From a virus (lineage: Duplodnaviria > Caudoviricetes): a stretch of 29,380 bases of DNA. Where the stretch lies: positions 1 through 29,380 of the IMG/VR virus record IMGVR_UViG_3300030376_000734, one strand, 5' to 3'. Every line of letters begins with the position of its first letter. Position 1 is the first letter of the stretch. Of the stretch, positions 26,050-29,380 are shown piece after piece. Both the position numbers and the translations under genes were made by a program. Under the pieces are notes generated by a model that had not been told where the DNA came from, ran no database searches, and was given only the letters and a program-made list of their open reading frames with translations.

Positions 26050-27447
26050 ATGGCAGATAAAACAATAATAGAAGCTGAAGTAAAATCAAATGTAGGCGAA
26101 GTTACGGAAGAAGTAAATAAGCTAGACAAGGCAACTGATAAGGCAGCAAAAGATGGTTTTGGGGGAATGCAAAAAGCTATTAAAGGAGTTGGTGATGCAC
26201 TAAAAGCCGCAGGAATAGGTTTGGTTGTAGGTGCATTAGCTGCTTTTGCAGATGCTTTTAGACAAAATCAAAGGGTAATAGACTTTTTTAACACTACACT
26301 TAAAGCAACGTCAATTGCTTTTAGTGATTTATTTGTATTTATAGATAATAATTTTAAAACAATACAAGGATATTTAAAAGGATTATTTAGTGATCCTATT
26401 GGCGAACTTTTTAAACTAGGGCAAAGCATACAAAGATTTTTTATTGACAATCTAAGTGGTGTTGGTGAAATGTTAGGCGCATTAGGTAAGCTAATGATGA
26501 CAAACCCTATAACTAATCCTAAATTATTTGCAGAGAATTTAGCTAAAGTAGGACTTGCGGCAAGTGATGCAAAAAAAGAAATGACTGATATTTTTAATGA
26601 GATAACAAGTTCAGTTAAAGAATACACAAGTGGCATTATTGACCAGGCTTCAGCTATGGTTGAGTTAGACAAAAAAGCAGCATTAGCGGTTGCAAGGAAT
26701 CAAAAAATCCTTGAACAAAAAGATAGGGAAGCTGAGATCCAAAGACAAATAAGAGATGATGAAACAAACACTTTTAAAGTTAGAATTGAAGCTAACGAAA
26801 AGTTAAACCTTATTTTAGACGAACAGGAAAAATTAATGTTAGCTAATGCTAAAATAGTAAAAGAAGCTGCTAGGGCACAAAAAGATTTAACAAAAAATGA
26901 TGCTGATAGAATAGCTTTTATACAAGCAGAAGCTGAAGAATTAGCTATTTTAGCACAAATAGAAGGTTTTAGATCAGAGCAAAAAATAAACGCTATATCA
27001 CTTACAAAAGAAGAAAAAGCGGTAGCAGAGGAGAATACTGAAGCTCAATTAGCGGCTTATTCAGGGCTAGCTAAGTCACTAAGTGGACTAGCGGCTGACA
27101 ATAAAGAGTTAGCGGTAGCAGGAGCAATTATAGACACCTTTGCAGGAGCAAATAAAGCATTAAGAGAAGGAGCAGGAACACCACTTGGTTATATTAATGC
27201 AGCAGCTATTATAGCAGCAGGACTTGCTAATGTAAACAAGATAATGTCAGTAAATGTTGGCGGTGGAGGAGGAGGCGGTGGAGGAGGCGCACCTGCACCT
27301 AATACCCCAGCCCCACAAATGATGTCAGGAGCTTTTGATATGACAGGAGGACAAGCACCAGGAGCTATGAGGGCATTTGTAGTAACTGATGAAATGACCA
27401 ACAGCCAAGATCAACTAGCAAACATAAGACGTAGAGCAACAATTTAA
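26050..27447 (+). CDS. Tape-measure-like protein
   Basis: 465-aa Ala-rich helical/coiled-coil protein with hydrophobic segments and a Gly10-Pro linker near the C-terminus. Confidence 0.7.
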   Translation: MADKTIIEAEVKSNVGEVTEEVNKLDKATDKAAKDGFGGMQKAIKGVGDALKAAGIGLVVGALAAFADAFRQNQRVIDFFNTTLKATSIAFSDLFVFIDNNFKTIQGYLKGLFSDPIGELFKLGQSIQRFFIDNLSGVGEMLGALGKLMMTNPITNPKLFAENLAKVGLAASDAKKEMTDIFNEITSSVKEYTSGIIDQASAMVELDKKAALAVARNQKILEQKDREAEIQRQIRDDETNTFKVRIEANEKLNLILDEQEKLMLANAKIVKEAARAQKDLTKNDADRIAFIQAEAEELAILAQIEGFRSEQKINAISLTKEEKAVAEENTEAQLAAYSGLAKSLSGLAADNKELAVAGAIIDTFAGANKALREGAGTPLGYINAAAIIAAGLANVNKIMSVNVGGGGGGGGGGAPAPNTPAPQMMSGAFDMTGGQAPGAMRAFVVTDEMTNSQDQLANIRRRATI

Positions 27448-27451
27448 AAAT

Positions 27452-27480
27452 CAAATAAACTAACTAAAATTCTATTTAAT
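27452..27480 (+). promoter_or_regulatory. Putative phage late promoter for head operon
   Basis: CAAAT-N13-TTCTATTTAAT, 3 nt before ATG 27484. Confidence 0.65.
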
Positions 27481-27483
27481 AAT

Positions 27484-27996
27484 ATGCCTTGTAAGAAATG
27501 TAAAGACGAAAACTATAAGTATGGTAATACAGGAGAATGTAAGTATGCCACTAAAGAGGCTTGCGAAAAAGCTAATCCAAAAAAATATAGTAAAATGCAA
27601 CCAACACCACTAGGAAAAAAGACGTATGAAGAATACGAAAAAGAATTAAAAGAGTTTAATTTAAGTTCACAAAGGTTTGAATTTAATACACAAAAGGAGC
27701 TATTTGCATTACTTGATGAGTTTTGGAAAAATTTTGATAATGCAGTTTTGCCATTTGATAAAGTTGAAGGTGTCTTAAAAGGTATGATTAAAAGTGCTGA
27801 AAAGGCAAAATCAACTGCAAATGAATATATAAAAAAAGCTGAACAATTTAATAAGCAAATAAAAGAATTAGGAATTTCAGAAAAAGAGGCTAAAGCAGGT
27901 TCTTATATAAAACAAAAAAAAGAGGATATTAAAAGTGCTGATAACTGGATAAGAGTTATAAAGAAATTTATAGCTGATGCTAATAATGTAGATTAA
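27484..27996 (+). CDS. Head-locus protein: Cys-containing leader plus KELG helical domain
   Basis: MPCKKC...C...C leader ending LSSQRFEF, then a 103-aa helical domain with QIKELGI. Confidence 0.8.
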   Translation: MPCKKCKDENYKYGNTGECKYATKEACEKANPKKYSKMQPTPLGKKTYEEYEKELKEFNLSSQRFEFNTQKELFALLDEFWKNFDNAVLPFDKVEGVLKGMIKSAEKAKSTANEYIKKAEQFNKQIKELGISEKEAKAGSYIKQKKEDIKSADNWIRVIKKFIADANNVD

Positions 27997-28005
27997 AATA
28001 ATAAT

Positions 28006-28887
28006 ATGAAAGAAACTAAAATAGTAGAATTAGTAATAGCAGATGATAGTCAAGAACTAGCTATTGATGCTATTAGCTTAGTCAATTCTCCTGCAATAGA
28101 GCAGGACTTTGTATTCTTTGGTAAAGAGAAAAACAACTTGACTTTCGCTAAGGTAGATGAAGAAAAGCGTATGCTAGTTAGTCCTGCACTTATCCCTAAT
28201 AAACAGATATTTAGATATGATCCTAACACCGATTCAGACTACTATGTTTACTTTAGTCCTGATACAGTTAGAAAGGCTAGTGAGTTATATTTAAAACATA
28301 ACAACCATCACAAAGCTACTCACGAACACAACGAAAGAGTATCAGGAGTTTTAACAGTAGAGTCTTGGATTAAAGAAGGCGACAGCGACAAGTCAAAATT
28401 ATACGGATTTGATTTACCTAATGGAACGTGGTTCGTTAAAATGAAAATAGAAAACGAAGAACTTTGGCAAAAGATAAAAGCAGGAGAATTAAAAGGACTT
28501 TCAATAGAAGGTTATTTTACTAATAAATTTGAACAAATGCAAAAGAAAGAATTTACAACAGAAGAAGTAAGAACTGCACTTAAAGAATTGTTAAGTGTTC
28601 AGAAGGTTGAGTTAGGATTAATTGATGATATAAAAAAAGATTTGGTAGAAGCAGCCGATAAGCCAATGTCAAAAGCTATGGACTTATTAGGACAATCTAT
28701 AAAGTTAGTTAAACAAGCAGAAAGTAATACAAAAGCAGTAGGTAAAAATATAGATAAGGCAGAAAAACAAGCTAAAGAACTTGGAGTTGATATTCCTGAA
28801 TTAAAAGAATACACTGCTTTATATAAAAAAAATCTAAACTTTTTTAAACAAACTATCGCTGAAATTCAAAAAGCTAAAATATATTAA
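28006..28887 (+). CDS. Prohead protease, XkdF-like (complete), with variable C-terminal KELG domain, allele 2
   Basis: AISLVNSPAIE N-terminus, protease core through GLSIEG, then a 90-aa tail after KVEL. Confidence 0.88.
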   Translation: MKETKIVELVIADDSQELAIDAISLVNSPAIEQDFVFFGKEKNNLTFAKVDEEKRMLVSPALIPNKQIFRYDPNTDSDYYVYFSPDTVRKASELYLKHNNHHKATHEHNERVSGVLTVESWIKEGDSDKSKLYGFDLPNGTWFVKMKIENEELWQKIKAGELKGLSIEGYFTNKFEQMQKKEFTTEEVRTALKELLSVQKVELGLIDDIKKDLVEAADKPMSKAMDLLGQSIKLVKQAESNTKAVGKNIDKAEKQAKELGVDIPELKEYTALYKKNLNFFKQTIAEIQKAKIY

Positions 28888-28892
28888 ATAAT

Positions 28893-29306
28893 ATGAAACC
28901 AACACCAGAACAAATACTAAGTGCTTTAAATAAAATGATAAGAGAAAGCAAAACTGAACTAAAAGCAGAAAAGGTTGAGTTGGGTTTAGTTGATGATTTA
29001 AAAACAATTTTAAAATCAGCAGAAAAATATAAAAAAGAAAGTAAAGAAAATATTAAATCAGCAGAAGGGTTAAATAAACAATCTTTACAAATATTACAAA
29101 AACAAGAAGCTTTAGATAAGAAATTAAATAAAGCTGAAGATGATGCAAAAAAAACATACAATCAATTTAAAAAAGCTGCAAAGGAATTAGGTGTAAATGA
29201 TAAAGATAGTCCTGCTTTTAAAATTAATGAAGAAATATTATCAAATTTGTTATTATCAAGTAGAGAAGATGATGTAAAAAGTATTTTAACAATGAGATTA
29301 AAGTAA
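28893..29306 (+). CDS. Head-locus protein: conserved 30-aa leader plus variable KELG domain, allele 2
   Basis: 137 aa; leader identical to 734-823; contains AAKELGV. Confidence 0.85.
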   Translation: MKPTPEQILSALNKMIRESKTELKAEKVELGLVDDLKTILKSAEKYKKESKENIKSAEGLNKQSLQILQKQEALDKKLNKAEDDAKKTYNQFKKAAKELGVNDKDSPAFKINEEILSNLLLSSREDDVKSILTMRLK

Positions 29307-29310
29307 AAAT

Positions 29311-29339
29311 CAAATAAATAAATAACTATTCTATTATAT
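29311..29339 (+). promoter_or_regulatory. Putative phage late promoter (second copy of 1104-1132)
   Basis: Identical sequence. Confidence 0.7.
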
Positions 29340-29352
29340 TAAAAAAGAACCT

Positions 29353-29380
29353 ATGGACATTAAAGAACAAATATTAGTAG
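29353..29380 (+). CDS. Start of scaffolding protein, second copy (truncated by window end)
   Basis: MDIKEQILV versus MDLKEQILV at 1146. Confidence 0.85.

Larger units (their letters stand above)
28150..29380. repeat. Imperfect terminal direct repeat, copy 2
   Basis: See 1-1173; offset 28149 at the left end. Confidence 0.95.

Noticed and set aside
27259-27313. GC-rich GGCGGTGGAGGAGG duplication as a foreign insert or regulatory repeat
   Set aside because: It simply encodes an in-frame Gly10/Pro linker of the tape-measure-like protein.
450-29161. All minus-strand ORFs in the track, and the + strand ORF 23671-23874
   Set aside because: They lie wholly over well-supported + strand genes, have shadow-frame composition and show no recognisable motifs.
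1-29380. CRISPR array, tRNA, rRNA, integrase/att site, IS element
   Set aside because: No regularly spaced repeat-spacer units, cloverleaf or relevant protein motifs seen; intergenic space is minimal.

Overview
Essentially a complete, AT-rich tailed-phage genome (unit length about 28.15 kb, long non-contractile-tail type) with every credible gene on the + strand. The host is most likely Bacteroidota, from TTTG-N19-21-TAnnTTTG promoters, a DUF3127-like SSB and A-rich Shine-Dalgarno-less starts. Modules: head (XkdF-type protease, scaffold, capsid, portal), lysis, early recombination/replication, a phage sigma-like factor, a C5 methyltransferase, terminase and tail. I recognised no integrase, DNA polymerase or helicase. 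The window wraps past the circle: 1-1173 recurs at 28150-29380 as a different allele. Comparing the two copies exposes the main finding, a three-gene head locus in which conserved leaders ending in an 'L-S/K-x-Q/E-K/R-V/F-E-L/F' motif are fused to swappable, highly divergent 84-107 aa helical domains that share only a central 'KELG[VI]' motif. Other notable signals: an approximately 60-nt antisense sRNA with its own host promoter and terminator, a repeated phage late-promoter motif, apparent complete absence of CATG, terL with no canonical start codon, a -1 frameshifted tail chaperone, 22-bp iterons, and several small ORFs missing from the ORF track. All family assignments come from motif recognition by eye, not database searches.
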